Source: Squalus acanthias (Eukaryota). Taken from it: DNA of 64,000 nt. Where the stretch lies: contig CM059443.1 of NCBI GenBank assembly GCA_030390025.1, forward strand, positions 4,650,001 through 4,714,000. The letters run 5' to 3'. A model generated the notes under the pieces. It was not told where the DNA came from. It saw only the letters and a program-made list of their open reading frames with translations, and did not search any database. Positions 1 through 12,247 of this stretch are shown one piece after another (positions within the stretch are counted from its first letter, which is position 1; every line of letters begins with the position of its first letter). Position numbers and translations under genes: made by a program.

Positions 1-1266
1 TAAATGGCTTACCCTTTAACCTTAGACTGTGACCCCTGGTTCTGGACTCCCCGGCCATCGGGAACATCCTTCCTGCATCCAGTCTGTCCAGTCCTGTTAG
101 AATTTTATAAGTTACAATGAGATCCCCTCTCATTCTTCTAAACTCCAGCGAGTATAAGCCCAATCGACCCAATCTCTCCTCATACGTCATTCCTGCCATC
201 CCAGGTATCAGTCTGGTGAATCTTCGCTGCACTCCCTCCATGGCAAGAACATCCTTCCTCAGCTAAGGCGACCAAAACTGCACACAATACTCAAGATGTG
301 GTCTCACCAAGGCCCTGTACAGCTGCAGCAAGACATCCTTGTTCCTGTACTCGAACCCTTTCGCTACGAAGGCCAACATACCATTTGCCTTCTTAACCGC
401 CTGCTGCACCTGCATGCTTACCTTCAGCGACTGGTACACAAGGACACCCAGGTCTCGTTGCACTTCCCCTTCTCCCAATCTGTTGCCATTCAGATAATAA
501 TCTGCCTTCCTGTTTTTGACACCAAAGTGGATAACCTCGCATTTATCCACATTATATTGCATCTGCCATACTTCTGCCCAATCACCCAACCTGTCTAAAT
601 CATACTGGAGTTTCTCGGCAACCTCCTCACGGCACACATCCCACCCAGCTTTGTGTCGTCTGCAAACTTGGAGATATTACATCCAATTCCCTCGTCTAGA
701 TCATTAATATATATTGTGAATAGCTGGGGTCCTAGGACCGATCCCTGCGGTACCCCATTAGTCACTGCCTGCCACTCGGAAAAAGACCCGTTTATTCCAA
801 CTCTTTGCTTTCTGTCTGCCAACCAGTTCTCTATCCAAGTCAATACCTTGCCCCAATCCCATGTGCCTTAACTTTACACGCTAATCTCTTATGCGAGACC
901 TTATCGAAAGCCTTCTGAAAGTCCAAATACGCCACATCCACCGGTTCTCCCTTATCTACTTTACCAGTTACATCCTCAAAAAATTCCCATAGATTAGTCA
1001 AGCACGATTTACCTTTTGTAAATCCATGTTGACTTTGTCCGATCCTGTCACTGTTTTGCAAGTGCTCTGCTATTACATCTTTTATAATGGACTCTAGCAT
1101 TTTCCCCACTACCGCTGTCAGGCTTACCGGTCTATAATTCCCTGTTTTCTCTCGACCACCTTTTTTGAATAGTGGGGTAACATTAGCTACCCTTCAATCC
1201 ATGGGTACTGTTCCAGAGTCTATAGAATTTTGGAAGATGACCAGCAATGCATCTACTATTTCTAGT
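1..1266 (-). mobile_element. CR1-clade LINE, RT region fragment (frameshifted, runs off window start)
   Basis: ORFs 840..1109, 595..843 and 263..637 carry CR1 RT motifs [38 protein letters not shown] and RPHLEYCVQFWSP in shifting frames. Confidence 0.9.
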
Positions 1267-2359
1267 TTAGCATTACCTCTTTGCTATTGAACTCTATGCT
1301 CCTACATACAAAACATAGAGAGATATACTGAGATAGAGGATCAGCTATGATCATATTGAATGGCAGAGCAGGCTCGAATGACCTACTCCTGCTCCTATTT
1401 TTCTATGTTCCTAAAGGATCCAATATGCTTTTTTACAGCTTTATCAACTCTGTCTCCCACAGTTATAGATCTGTGTATCTGAACCCTCAAATCTCTCTCC
1501 TCCTTTTAAAATGTTATTGTTTAGTGTAAAGTGCTCTCTTATTCTTCCTCCCAAAATGTAACACTTCAAATATCTCTATTAAATTTCATCTATCTGCCCG
1601 ATCTACTAACCTGTCTATATCCTCCTTAAGTTTTGTACAAGTTTATTCATAGTTAACCACTCTCGCAATTTTTGCATTGACTAAAACTTTTGATATATCC
1701 TCATACTCAAGTCCAGATCATTTATATATTGAGGAAAGCAATGGTCCCAACACTGGCCCCTGGGAGAATGTGGGGGGCAGGGGAGGGAGGTGCAGGGAAG
1801 GGGGGTTACACCACTAAATCACCCTCCAGGCTCAAATTGATTACTTTAATTTTATCAACAAGCCTCTTATGTCTCACCTTATCACCCTTTGGAAAGTCCA
1901 TAGACAACATCTACTCCATTTCCTTCATCAATAGACTCTCTCCTCAAAAGAATTCTATTACATTTTTCTGACATGACTTGGCTTTTATGAAACTATGCTG
2001 GCTCCCTAATGATTCATATCTCTAGGTGAGTATCAATTCATCCTGTATTGTGGCCTCTAGAAACTTACCACGGTCTATAGTTACCCAGTTTATTCCTTTA
2101 TAAACAGAGATCCTAAACGGCAACCCTCGAGACATCTGACCCAACTTCTCTATCCAAGGATGTTTGAATAAGTGTGATCAGACCCTCTGCTGTTTCCTCT
2201 CGGCTTCCTTCAACATTCTTGGATGCATGGAAACAGGACAAGAATTGGAGCAAAGTGTTGGCTCTCCTCACATCTAGAGCACTTGATGGTGTCAGGGATG
2301 GGGAGGAGCACACAAGGTGACAAAACACACACTCGGAAATATTTCCTGCACAGATTCTC

Positions 2360-2365
2360 TTTATT
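2360..2365 (-). terminator. Putative polyadenylation signal of IgL cluster 1
   Basis: AATAAA on the minus strand about 410 nt after the C stop codon; conserved in cluster 2 at 44400-44405. Confidence 0.6.
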
Positions 2366-2777
2366 GGAAGTTACGCTCAGTGACAGTAGTCGTCAGTCTG
2401 ATGCTCTTGACAGATCATAAACTATCTTCATTAAACCATTTTCATTAAATTCAGCACTGGTCCTGGGAAAACCACCCATTTGAACTGAAATTCCTGATTA
2501 GAGACCAGTAACTGGTCACTTTAACCCTGGTGTAGCCTCTTGTAATAGAAGAAACTGAGCAAAACCTGCCTCAGGTACAAAGACTTCAAATGATACAGCA
2601 GAATCACACAAAGCAAAACAGAAGCACAAAATGCAGCAAATACCAAGGGTAGAGGGTGGATAATGGGGATGGGGAAGGGGAAGATGATGGGGTTGGTGAG
2701 GGATACAGGGTGGATAATGGGGAAAGTGACACTTTCCCACTATTCAGGCAGCATACACGAGTGAAGCTTCGATCTAT

Positions 2778-3100
2778 TTAACAGTTGGATTGTGCGACTG
2801 TTGCGGTTGTTTTGGAAGCTGTTCCTTGTTGAACTGTACAGGAGTACACCTTCCCACTGCTCCAGTCTGTGCCGGGGACCGTCAGGTAGCTGCTGAGACT
2901 GAAGGTGTTGTCCGTGTTCCGCGACACGGTGCTGGTTTGGACCTCACTGCTCGTCGGACTCCCGTCGACTGTCCAGCTGACCGCAGCGAAGCCCATGGAC
3001 AGTTTGCTGACCAGGCAAACTAAGGTGCCTGCTCCTTTAGAGGACATCTCCTCGGCTGAAGGCCCAAGCAGTTTTACTGAAGGCTCAGGGAGTTGCTCAG
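2778..3100 (-). CDS. Ig light-chain constant exon (sigma-type), cluster 1
   Basis: Acceptor ttgcag|CT at 3101/3100. Reads (A)EQLPEPSVKLLGPSAEEMSSKGAGTLVCLVSKLSMGFAAVSWTVDG...FSLSSYLTV...DWSSGKVYSCTVQ...QSNC*. C1-set Cys/Trp/Cys present, plus the terminal Cys for H-L linkage. Confidence 0.93.
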
Positions 3101-4634
3101 CTGCAATAGGAACCAGAGAAGATGTGTTTGTATAAAGTTATAGAAAAGTTTAGCATTTCAGAGTTTAATAGAAGCAGATTTTAAAGATTGCAGCTTCCTA
3201 TAGTGGACCCCAGAAGTTCACTGAGTGACGGGGCATTGCCCCTTTAAGATTATCCAGGCTTTGTCAAAACAGAAAAAGCTACAATTTGTTTCTGTAGAAT
3301 TATTGTTTAGGATCCTGCTGGTGACTCGCTGGATTAGAGCATCACTCACTCTGGGACTACACCTCCTGCTCCCAGGATCCATCCCCGGTCTGTGCCAAGT
3401 TAGCTGATCTAGGGCGAGGGCACCAGGGACGCTTCACTTGGCCTCAGTATCCCGGGTTAGGGAAAGAAGTGATCCAGGATCCCACTTCTGACCACAAACC
3501 AGTGACCTCTGCCTCTGCGATCATTGATTTGAAGTTGATAATCTACCCCAACAGGTGATGCGTTTTGGCACTGAGCCATTGAGGACTTGGGAGAGACACA
3601 CTGAGTATAAAGTGGCTCCATCCCCATGTAATGTACCCACACCCTGTCCTACCAGCTGCACATTCCTCCTCTACAATTCCCCCCTTCCCTCACCACCCAT
3701 CACTAATGCCCCTGCTGTGCCACCACTGCCGAGGAAGGATAAAAGATCTCAAACTCTCCACTGGCCCAGTGGGTGAGGGCACCAGGTGTGTGGTCCCGAG
3801 CTCTACAGACAGAGTGACAGGTTGGTCTGTGATGAGGCTCCAATTGGCACAGTGCCCCTGGGTTAGGAGAGGGGAACAAAAAGCTAACGTCCCCTTTCCT
3901 GGTTGATATCCAGTGACCCTTCTCCCGCCTCCCACTGCCCCCATTGGGAAGGTGCTCAGTTGTGGGTGTGAGGCCAGGACAGGACATGGATATTGACAGG
4001 TGAATGACCCGCCGACACTCAGTGTCCCGGCTAATTTATGAAGAATGGTCAATTGGGGCAAGGTGGTGGAGGGCTCACAACTCCCATGGACACAAGCCTG
4101 AGGGAATGGGAGGGACGATTCTCAATATCCAAGTGTACACGGTGGGAAATTGGAAGTTGCAAAATGTTTTTAAAAAAGGAAAATCTACAAGTGCTGATGT
4201 GGGGCTGCCGGCGATGTACACAAAGCAGCAACAGTAACCCACCAGCACAGGCTCAGTGTCGACATGGCAACCGGCAGAATTCACAGTGAGCCAGTGGTGT
4301 GGGGCCCGGTCCGGGTGTTAGTGGTCAATGCCAAAGATCAGCACAAACCAGAGAGCCTTTTCACCGCAGTGCCGCTCCTACCAGAGTCCGGCTACAGACA
4401 GATTCTGGTCCCCACACACCATTGGGGGGAATTGTACCCAGAACCAGAGCTCCAGCCTCAGAATGTGCAGCAACCAGAATCACTCAGCATCAGGACTCAA
4501 AGGAGCAGTGCGGAGGGGAATGGATGGCGATGAAGGGAAGAGGAAAGGAAATAGAAGATGGGAGCAGAGCTTTATTGGACAGGAGTCAGAAGGAGAGTTC
4601 CAGCATGAACTGGGAGGATTGAGGAGGAGAGTTT

Positions 4635-5021
4635 CTGAGGGTGGGGAGGTGGATGGGGTACAGTGTCTGAGGGTGGGGAGGTGGATGGGGTACAGTGTCT
4701 GAGGGCGGGGAGTTGGACGGGGTACAGTGTCTGAGGGTGGGGAGGTGGATGGGGTACAGTGTCTGAGGGTGGGGAGGTGGACGGGGTACAGTGTCTGAGG
4801 GTGGGGAGTTGGATGGGGTACAGTGTCTGAGGGTGGGGAGGTGGACGGGGTACAGTGTCTGAAGGTGGGGAGGTGGACGGGGTACAGTGTCTGAAGGTGG
4901 GGAGGTGGACGGGGTACAGTGTCTGAGGGTGGGGAGGTGGACGGGGTACAGTGTCTGAAGGTGGGGAGGTGGATGGGGTACAGTGTCTGAAGGTGGGGAG
5001 GTGGATGGGGTACAGTGTCTG
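4635..5021 (+). repeat. 32-bp G-rich minisatellite, about 12 copies, in the J-C intron of cluster 1
   Basis: Unit GGGGTACAGTGTCTGA(G/A)GGTGGGGAGGTGGA(T/C); TACAGTG recurs every 32 nt from 4659 to 5011. Confidence 0.95.
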
Positions 5022-5329
5022 AATTGGCTCAAAAGGCGGTGTCAAGGACCTCAACTGGGGCAGGGAGGGAAGTTGTTCATGGAAAGGGAGTGACTGGTGG
5101 GGAATTGATGATCTGTCACTAAATGGTTTAAGGATCAGGATGAAATTGGTGCAGACAAATGTGGGTCAGAGCACAACGTGGCACGATTGAAATCAGAATG
5201 TGGGGGAATGCTGGGGTGGGCAAGAATGACAGAATAATGAACTCTCAACAACATGGTATTAAACAGATCCAGAACCACCGATCCTGAGCAGTCTAATCTA
5301 TGGAATCTGGAACTATGTCTGGACAACAC

Positions 5330-6112
5330 TTCAGTGCAGTCCTGAGCGAGTAGAATACTGCATTATTAGTGGTGCTATTTTAGGAAAAGACGTTAAACTG
5401 AGGCCCATCGGTTTATTCAGGTGGATGCAAGAGATCCCATGACATGGTTGTCCCAGTGTCCTGGCCAATATTCCTCTCTCAACCAATACTGTCTCACTGT
5501 TGTGTGTGGGATCTTGCTGTGTTTTACTGCAGAACATTGAATGGATTACTTTTGAAGTGCAGTCAATGTGCAACACTTCGGGATATAAGGTTATAGAAAT
5601 GCAATTATTTGTTCAATTTTTAATTTAATGGAAAGAAAGAGTTGCATTTATATAGCGCCTTTCACAACATCCCAAAGCGCTTCAAAGCCATTTAAGTACT
5701 TTGAAGTGTCATCACCTTTGTAATGTAGGAAACGCGGCAGCCAATATGTGCACAGCAAGCTCCCACAAACAGCAATTTGATAAAGATCAGATCATTTGTT
5801 TTAATGATACTGATTGAGGGATAATTATTGGCAGGATAACCCCTACTAAAAGATCCCACGGCACGATTTCAAAGAGCGGGGGAGTTATCCCCGGTGTCCT
5901 GGCCAATATTTATCCCTCAACCAACATAACAAAAACAGATTATCTCTTCATTATCACATTGCTGTTTGTGGGAGCTTGCTGTGCGCATATTGGCTGCCGC
6001 ATTTCCCACATTACAACAGTGACTACACTTCAAAGATGATTTCATTGGCTGGAAAGCACTTTGAGACGTCCGGTGGTCGCGAAAGGCGCTATATAAATGC
6101 AAGTCTTTCTTT
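5330..6112. mobile_element. Truncated SINE/L2-tail fragments in both orientations (J-C intron)
   Basis: Segments match the body and tail of the SINE at 11166-11630 (aaagatcccacggc..., cattacaacagtgact..., gaaaggcgctatataaatgcaa). About 5630-5830 is an inverted copy. Paralogous block at about 46335-47130. Confidence 0.7.
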
Positions 6113-6587
6113 AGTTTTTACTAACTGAACAGCTGACACACATGTATTATATGTTTAATACATCCCAGTCCAGCTAATGGTGAAAAATATTCTTACCATT
6201 GTTAAATAAAACAGCTCCACCATGGGGGGGGGCCACAATGTAACCCTTTCTCCCTCCATTCAGGTTTGAAAAAACTGCATCAGACACAGTGACCAAAACT
6301 ATCTGCTCTGACTGTTTAAAAAATGCAATCCATCTTCAGATAATTTTGGGAATGAAAAGATTGCAATTCAATTAGAATTCAAAAATTACACAGCACGAAT
6401 TAGCAGATACTGCTAGAAACACAGCACTAATTAACAGAGCGAGAGCAGGACACTAAACATTAATGCACTGGAATCAGCATTTTATCTCTAAAATTAGTAG
6501 AAAACGACAGTTTAAATTATTAATGAATTTCTAAATGTTCAAATTCACACAGCTAGTTTCTCCAGGAGGGAAATCCCAGCCACTTAC

Positions 6588-6624
6588 CTGCAACAAAGAA
6601 CTTGGTCCCTTTGCCGAACACCCA
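6588..6624 (-). CDS. Ig light-chain J segment, cluster 1 (WVFGKGTKFFVA)
   Basis: FGxGT motif; phase-1 donor G|gtaagt at 6588/6587; abuts the heptamer. Confidence 0.93.
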
Positions 6625-6663
6625 CACAGTGTGATGTTCTAGGGTTCAGTCCATACAATTACT
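6625..6663 (+). promoter_or_regulatory. 23-RSS of J, cluster 1
   Basis: CACAGTG (6625-6631), 23-nt spacer, nonamer ACAATTACT (6655-6663). Confidence 0.88.
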
Positions 6664-6976
6664 CAGGATCCTGGAATCAGTCAGAAAACACGTTCAGAAG
6701 CTCCAGTCCCAGCATTAATCAGACTCCATGTATTCAGAGTGTCCCAGCTGGTGTGGGGCAGGAAGGAATGAACTCACAGCAACATCCCCAGACTGACATT
6801 AAATGTCAGAAACACCCAATGCTGGGCAGTGAGACTCAGAATGTCAGCAATTCTGAAATGATATAAATTGGAAAATATGTTTAAAAGGACAAAATTAAAG
6901 TGATTTTATGAACTGTAAAACATTAGAAAGTTTTATCAGATAGAAAGATATTAAGTGTATAACACTTGCTGCTCCC

Positions 6977-7004
6977 AGTTTTTGTTTTACCTTCTGTCAC
7001 TGTG
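6977..7004 (-). promoter_or_regulatory. 12-RSS of V, cluster 1
   Basis: CACAGTG, spacer acagaaggtaaa (12 nt), nonamer ACAAAAACT. Confidence 0.92.
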
Positions 7005-7330
7005 ACACATAAGCACTGCTTGCTGAAACCCACTTTCCACAGTAATAGACGGCAGCGTCATTCACCTCCACGTTCTTTATGATTAACTGGTAAATGTTGT
7101 GGCCGCTGTTGGCTTTCGATGTGAAACGGTCGCTGCTAAACCCAGGACCATAGGTAGGGGCACTGCTAGAGTAATGGTAATAGAGGACCCATTGAGGAGC
7201 CGCTCCTGGTGTCTGCTTGTACCAGTTCACATATTGCTATCAACCGTTCCAATGTTACAGTCGAGTGTGGCCGTTTCCCCTGGTTTCACAGTCAGGTCTG
7301 GAGGCTGAGTCAGAGTCTGAGACTGTCCAT
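7005..7330 (-). pseudogene. Ig light-chain V exon (sigma-type), cluster 1, with a 1-nt deletion in CDR1
   Basis: QTLTQPPDLTVKPGETATLDCNIGTVDSN, then ATG TGA. VNWYKQTPGAAPQWVLYYHYSSSAPTYGPGFSSDRF...DAAVYYCGKWVSASSAYV resumes in another frame. Exon is 326 nt versus 327 nt in cluster 2. The TATLDCN, long CDR2 YGxGFSS and terminal VSQ* pattern match sigma (teleost L2/Xenopus sigma) V genes. Confidence 0.88.
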
Positions 7331-7435
7331 CTGTAAAAGAGCAGGGATTAAACATTACACATTGACTCTTTAAAAGTGATCCCAAGCCCCCCATCTGCTG
7401 CTGCGGGAGGAGCAGAGTTCAGTGTCTGTACTTAC

Positions 7436-7481
7436 AGCCCAGCCACAGCGCCAGAGACCAGAAAAAGCACAGCGTCTGCAT
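7436..7481 (-). CDS. Ig light-chain leader exon, cluster 1 (MQTLCFFWSLALWLG)
   Basis: 46-nt ATG exon with a hydrophobic signal peptide; phase-1 donor T|gtaagt; 105-nt intron to acceptor tttacag. Confidence 0.88.
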
Positions 7482-7595
7482 CGTTTCAGTCAGTGAGCTT
7501 CCTGCCTGCCTTCCCCGAGTGTATCTGTGACAGACTGTGGCAGCAGCTGCCCATTGAACCCAGTTATAGACCCATTCACATCAGGAAGGAAACCC

Positions 7596-7603
7596 ATGCA
7601 AAT
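7596..7603 (-). promoter_or_regulatory. Ig promoter octamer ATTTGCAT, cluster 1
   Basis: Perfect octamer in the light-chain orientation about 115 nt upstream of the ATG; TATA-like TATAAC at about 7563-7568. Confidence 0.85.
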
Positions 7604-8859
7604 GAGAGCGATTCACACTGACCAACCAGGGCAAGGATCTGAAACCCTCCCATTCAGCGTCAGAGACTGTCAGATTGAGGCAGTGACACCTCAGCACTGT
7701 CAGCAACGGACTTACATCTTAAACAGAAGATAGTTTATTGTCTGATATTTCCCAGTTTCTGCTTCTTCTCTCCAGGGCTGGAGTTTAAACTGCAGATCAC
7801 TCCTCCAATAACAAGAACTCTCTGCTATACCACAGTCTGGTGCAATACTCTCAGCTCGTGGCTCTCTCATTAATACAGAGACCTTATAAAACTGGAGGAC
7901 TGCGACACTTTTCAGCACCACACACTGATACAGCGCACGTTCCTGGGAGCACCCTCCCAGAGAAACCATCTGAAACATTCTCTATACAGCGAGCTCCTCA
8001 CCCGAGGACACTTACTGTGTGACTCCTACACAGAGTCCTGACTCAATGTGTTGGTGAACCCCCTCAGTTAGTGTTTAGACAATCTTGCTGTGTGTGTGTT
8101 GCCACTGGTCCAACAGTGAGTGAACATGCTTAACAGGGAAGGGGCTGAAGTTATAACTAGTTACCGATTTACTAACTTGCCAGCAACTGACTATCATATT
8201 TTGACCTGCTAACAACCAGCAGCTGACTATTAAGACTATTAAATATATTCTACTAACCGCTAAATACAGTCTATTATCTGAGTATTTGCTATTTTCATAG
8301 AATCAGGACATTGAGAGCCAATTGCAATGCCAGTAGGTTGGTGCCGCCCAAAGCAGCTGCCCCGAGTGGGCGTGAAACTGACAAACCCCTGGAGTCCCAG
8401 CAGGAACTGTGGGCTGTTATTTTAAGGAGAGGGGCTGTCCAGAACAGAGTCAAACCCTCTAGATCTGTATTTTATACCCACATTACACAAATATCTTGGT
8501 TTCTGTTCCATCTGACATCTTCCTTTCAGTAACTGTTAGACACCTCACTGCTTAAAGGAACAATGGTCTAGAAATTGGATATGGCCAAGAAACGGGCAGT
8601 TTCCTGGCCCAACGATGTTAAGCTGTGCCAGGTCAATATGTTCTAGGTAGCACCTAAAATTCATGCTTAGTCCTTATTAACATGATTATAGTCTTGATTT
8701 CAGCGCCAAAGCTGCTGCTCATTGGCTTAACGCTCAAGGTGGGCCAATATCAGTTACAGTCTAATTCCCAGTCATGTTTGCCACAGGCTTTGTTCAGTAC
8801 TTCAAGGGGAGATGCATTGATGCTGCAGCACCTCATTGTCAAGCCACTCACAGCTGCAG

Positions 8860-10440
8860 CTGGAAGAAGATGGTAGTGCAAACCCATGGCTGAGCCTCAG
8901 CACAGGGAGAGAGCCCGCAGCACTGTGGCCCCAAGGTCGGCCATCCAGTGTCGAAAGAAGTTGAATGACCTCACACAGGAGGTCAAGGTGAGTGAAGGCT
9001 TCAGCAAATGCCAGATCCCACCATCTGCACCACAAGCCACACACACACCCAGTTCTCACCTACCAACAATCTCTACCTATCAGCACTCACACCTTACAAT
9101 CAGAGCATCACTTCACCCTCACAACCTTACCACTGCTGCAATACTCACACCCACATCTCACACCCTGCACACACTGACAGCTATTCAACTATGGCAGGCA
9201 CATCGCCCAACACATTGCACCACACTTACTCACACACTTCACTTTCTCTTGCAGGCTAAGGTCGCACATAATCGGAGGGAGCAGCGGCAGACACGCGGTG
9301 GATGGGCGAGGCGGGCGTGGCAGGCTGCCATCCACAACCTCAGCCAGCTGGAGGAGAGAGTGCTGGACTTCATTGGGTGGCAGATCATAGAGGTCTTGGC
9401 ATCCGGCGAGGTTGAACTCCTTGGGGACAACAACGGTATGCTCATTCCTAATCCTTCTTCTCACATCCCACTTCCCCCTCATCCCACAATCTCTTCTCAC
9501 TTTCAAGCTGCTGATGCTGTCTGCCTGCATATACTGCTTCATGCCCACCCTCCCCTCACCATAACCCGACTCTAGTGCCTTTCTGCTGTCAGACAATCAA
9601 GAACAAGCACCTGAGAAGCCTGTCCCTGAGGCGATGCATGAAAGCGAGGGGGAGAAGAAGAGGAAGAAGAAGAAGACAGAGCGTCAGTGCATCTGTCACT
9701 CGCAGAAAGTAGCTCAGAAACAGGCACTGCGCGTAGTTTAGAGGCTAGTGTAGAAGGGGAATTTGCATTGGGCAGGAGTGGGCTGCAGCAAGACCAGGGG
9801 GAAAGGGTAGCTCCGGGCCCAGCTCCCCGTAGGGCAAGTTCGTGCGAGAGTTCTGCTGCACAAGACTCAGATGAGCACATCGATGGGAGAGTCTTCAGTA
9901 GACGGGTGATTGCCATGCACACTGAATTGCTAGGTGCAATGGCAAGCCTGCCAGAGAGCTTCATGGCAATGTCAAGGAGCATGGAGGAGTCAACCTCCAA
10001 CATTGCACAGGGCTCTGCACAGAGCTTGGAGCCCAGGATTTCCAGGCTGGAAATGATGGAAGACTCCCAAAGAAACCGTGTCAACCTGAACATGATGGTG
10101 CGTGTGATGGGCGGTCTCGCAGCAGCCATTGCAGCAAAGGCGGAAGCGACCCAACGTCTTAGTGCTGCAGCGGAAGCTCAGACCGCACTCATGCAGTCTT
10201 ATCTTGATACCACCTATGCTCAGACCGCTGTCATGCAATCTCAGTTTGCTGCCACCCAAGCTCAGACTGCCACCATTGTGGCTGGGTTTACCAGTGTCAA
10301 CCAGGGCTAGCAAGAAAGCGTACCAGACCAGCACCGCAATCTGTGCTCCATCAGATTGCTAGGAATGCTGAGGTCCTGCCCTGGGGCAGTGGCAGTGGGT
10401 CAATGGAGCAGAACCCTGCTGTCCTCTCTCAGGATGCCCA
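8860..10440 (+). mobile_element. PIF/Harbinger Myb/SANT-like (ORF2) gene remnant with introns
   Basis: RSAIQCRKKLNDL followed by donor aag|gtgagt (about 8988), then acceptor ttgcag and AKVAHNRREQRQTRGG, typical of Harbinger Myb proteins; followed by a coiled-coil-like exon (ORF 9687..10310). TIR-like GGTCTAGAAATT at about 8565. C-terminal remainder probably at about 16240-16460. Confidence 0.65.
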
Positions 10441-10789
10441 AGACAGTTGAGCTATCCCATCACGGAGCAGGAATAAGCCCTTGGACCTTCCCAGTCTGTA
10501 AATCTCAATACCGTGGTATTGTGCATAGACTCCTTCCATTGGACATCAATCATTGTGGGTGTGCAAAACCTTGAATTAAGAGCTGCGTCCAACTGCCATT
10601 GACTCTTCACTTTATTTTCTTCATCCAGCAAGAGTCAACTTGTCCCAAATCAATAAGGTGCCGGGCAACCCGACACGGGCTTAAAAACAGCCAAAAATCG
10701 ACACAGGGACTTTGTCTCCCAAAGAAGGAAATCAGGAGCGCTAAACCAGGCCGCATCCCCCACCATTCCCACCAGCAACACTTGCCTTT

Positions 10790-12245
10790 ATAAAGTGCCT
10801 CTTACATAGTAGAAAACCACGGTGACTCACAGAGCTGCAATCAGACTAACAGAGACACCAAGACAAAGAAGGAGATATTAGTAGGGGTGACCGAAAGCTT
10901 GGTCAAAGAGGGGGTCTTAAGGAAGGTCTTCAAGGCAGAGAGGGAGGTGGAAAGATAGAAGGGTTTAGGGAGGGAATTCCAGTGCATGAGGCCCAGATGG
11001 CTGAAGGCACGGCCGTCAATGGTGGGACTAAGGGCGAGCAGAATGCAAAAAATGCCAGAGTCACAGGAATGGTGAGGTCAGAGGGGGGGCGGTGTGGGGG
11101 TTGTAGGACTGGAGGTGGTTACAGAGATAGGGAGGCGTGAGGCAATGAAGGATGAGAATTGACAAGTGTCAGCCGTGGCTCAGTTGGTAGCACTCTCGCC
11201 TCTGAGTCAGAAGGTTGTGGGTTCAAGACCCATTCCAGAACATAAAAATCTCGGGTGACGCGCCGGTGCAGTACTGAGGATGTGCTGCACTGTTGGAGGT
11301 GCTGCCTTTCGGATGAGACTTTAAACCGAGGCCCTGCCTGTTCTCTCAGGTGGAAGTAAAAGATCCCACGGCATTATTTGGAAGAAGACCATGGGAGTTA
11401 CCCCGGTGGCCAGGCTAATATTTATTCCTCACTCAACATCACAAGAAACAGATTATCTGGTCATTATCGCATTGCTGTTTCTGGGATCTTGCTGTGCACA
11501 AATTGGCTGCCGCATTTCCTACATTACAACAGTGACTGCACTTCAAAAGTACTTTATTGGCTGTAAAGCACTTTTGAACGCACTGAGGTCATGAAAGGCG
11601 CTATATAAATGAAAGTCTTTCGTTTCTTTTTAAATTGGAGGCATTGGGGGACAGGGACTGGGAGCCAATGTAGGTCAGCAAGAGCAGGAGCGATCGGTGA
11701 ATGGGACGTGGTGCAGGATCTGATACAGGGAGCAGCGTTTTCGATGAGCTGAGGTTTAAGGAGATGGAGGATGGGAGGTCGTCCAGAAGAGCATTAGGAC
11801 AGTCAAATCTAACGATCAAGTTAAGATAGTCAAACAGCCCACTCAGTGGGGCAGCAAATCAGAAATGTAAGCACAAATAGGACTGATGTGCCTGGGCTTC
11901 TAACACTAGAATGCAATCTGGCCCATGGGCTATAGCTTTAACAGCGCTAATAAACGTAACCAAAGCTTTCCGTTAGATATCTCAACAACAACTTGCATTT
12001 ATATAGCACTTTTAAAATAGAAAATGTCCCAAGGCGATTCACTGGAAAGTAATCAGGCAAAAATTTGACACCAAGCCACATAAAGCGATATTAGGACAGG
12101 TGATCAAAGACTTGGTCAAAGAGATAGGTTTTAATGGCGTCTTGACGGAGGAGAGAGTTGTAGAGAGGCGGAGAGGTTTAGCAAGGAAATACCAGAGTTT
12201 AGGGCCTAGGCTGCTGAAGGCATGGCGCCAATGATGGAGCGATGC
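10790..12245 (-). mobile_element. L2-type LINE 3' fragments
   Basis: Degenerate L2 C-terminal coding and 3' tail (…gtgctatataaatgcaagttgttgttg on the minus strand near 11985-12010). Confidence 0.55.
11166..11630 (+). mobile_element. tRNA-derived SINE with Deu-like central domain and L2-like tail
   Basis: A box TGGCTCAGTTGG, B box GGTTCAAGACC, central gtaaaagatcccacggc, tail gaaaggcgctatataaat. Confidence 0.75.
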
Positions 12246-12247
12246 GT

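Noticed and set aside
4282-4320. CACAGTG in the J-C intron as an extra RSS
   Set aside because: No nonamer at 12 or 23 nt and no adjacent J or D-like segment.
4572-5054. Pro/His-rich ORFs and repeated TACAGTG near-heptamers
   Set aside because: The ORFs are translations of the minisatellite, and TACAGTG lacks the essential first C and any nonamer.
6588-7330. Germline-joined VJ, as in some cartilaginous-fish light chains
   Set aside because: V and J are separate, with intact RSSs in both clusters.
11166-11240. tRNA genes at 11170, 14747, 15870-15937 and 25095
   Set aside because: These are A/B-box heads continuous with SINE or LINE bodies, with no complete cloverleaf evident.
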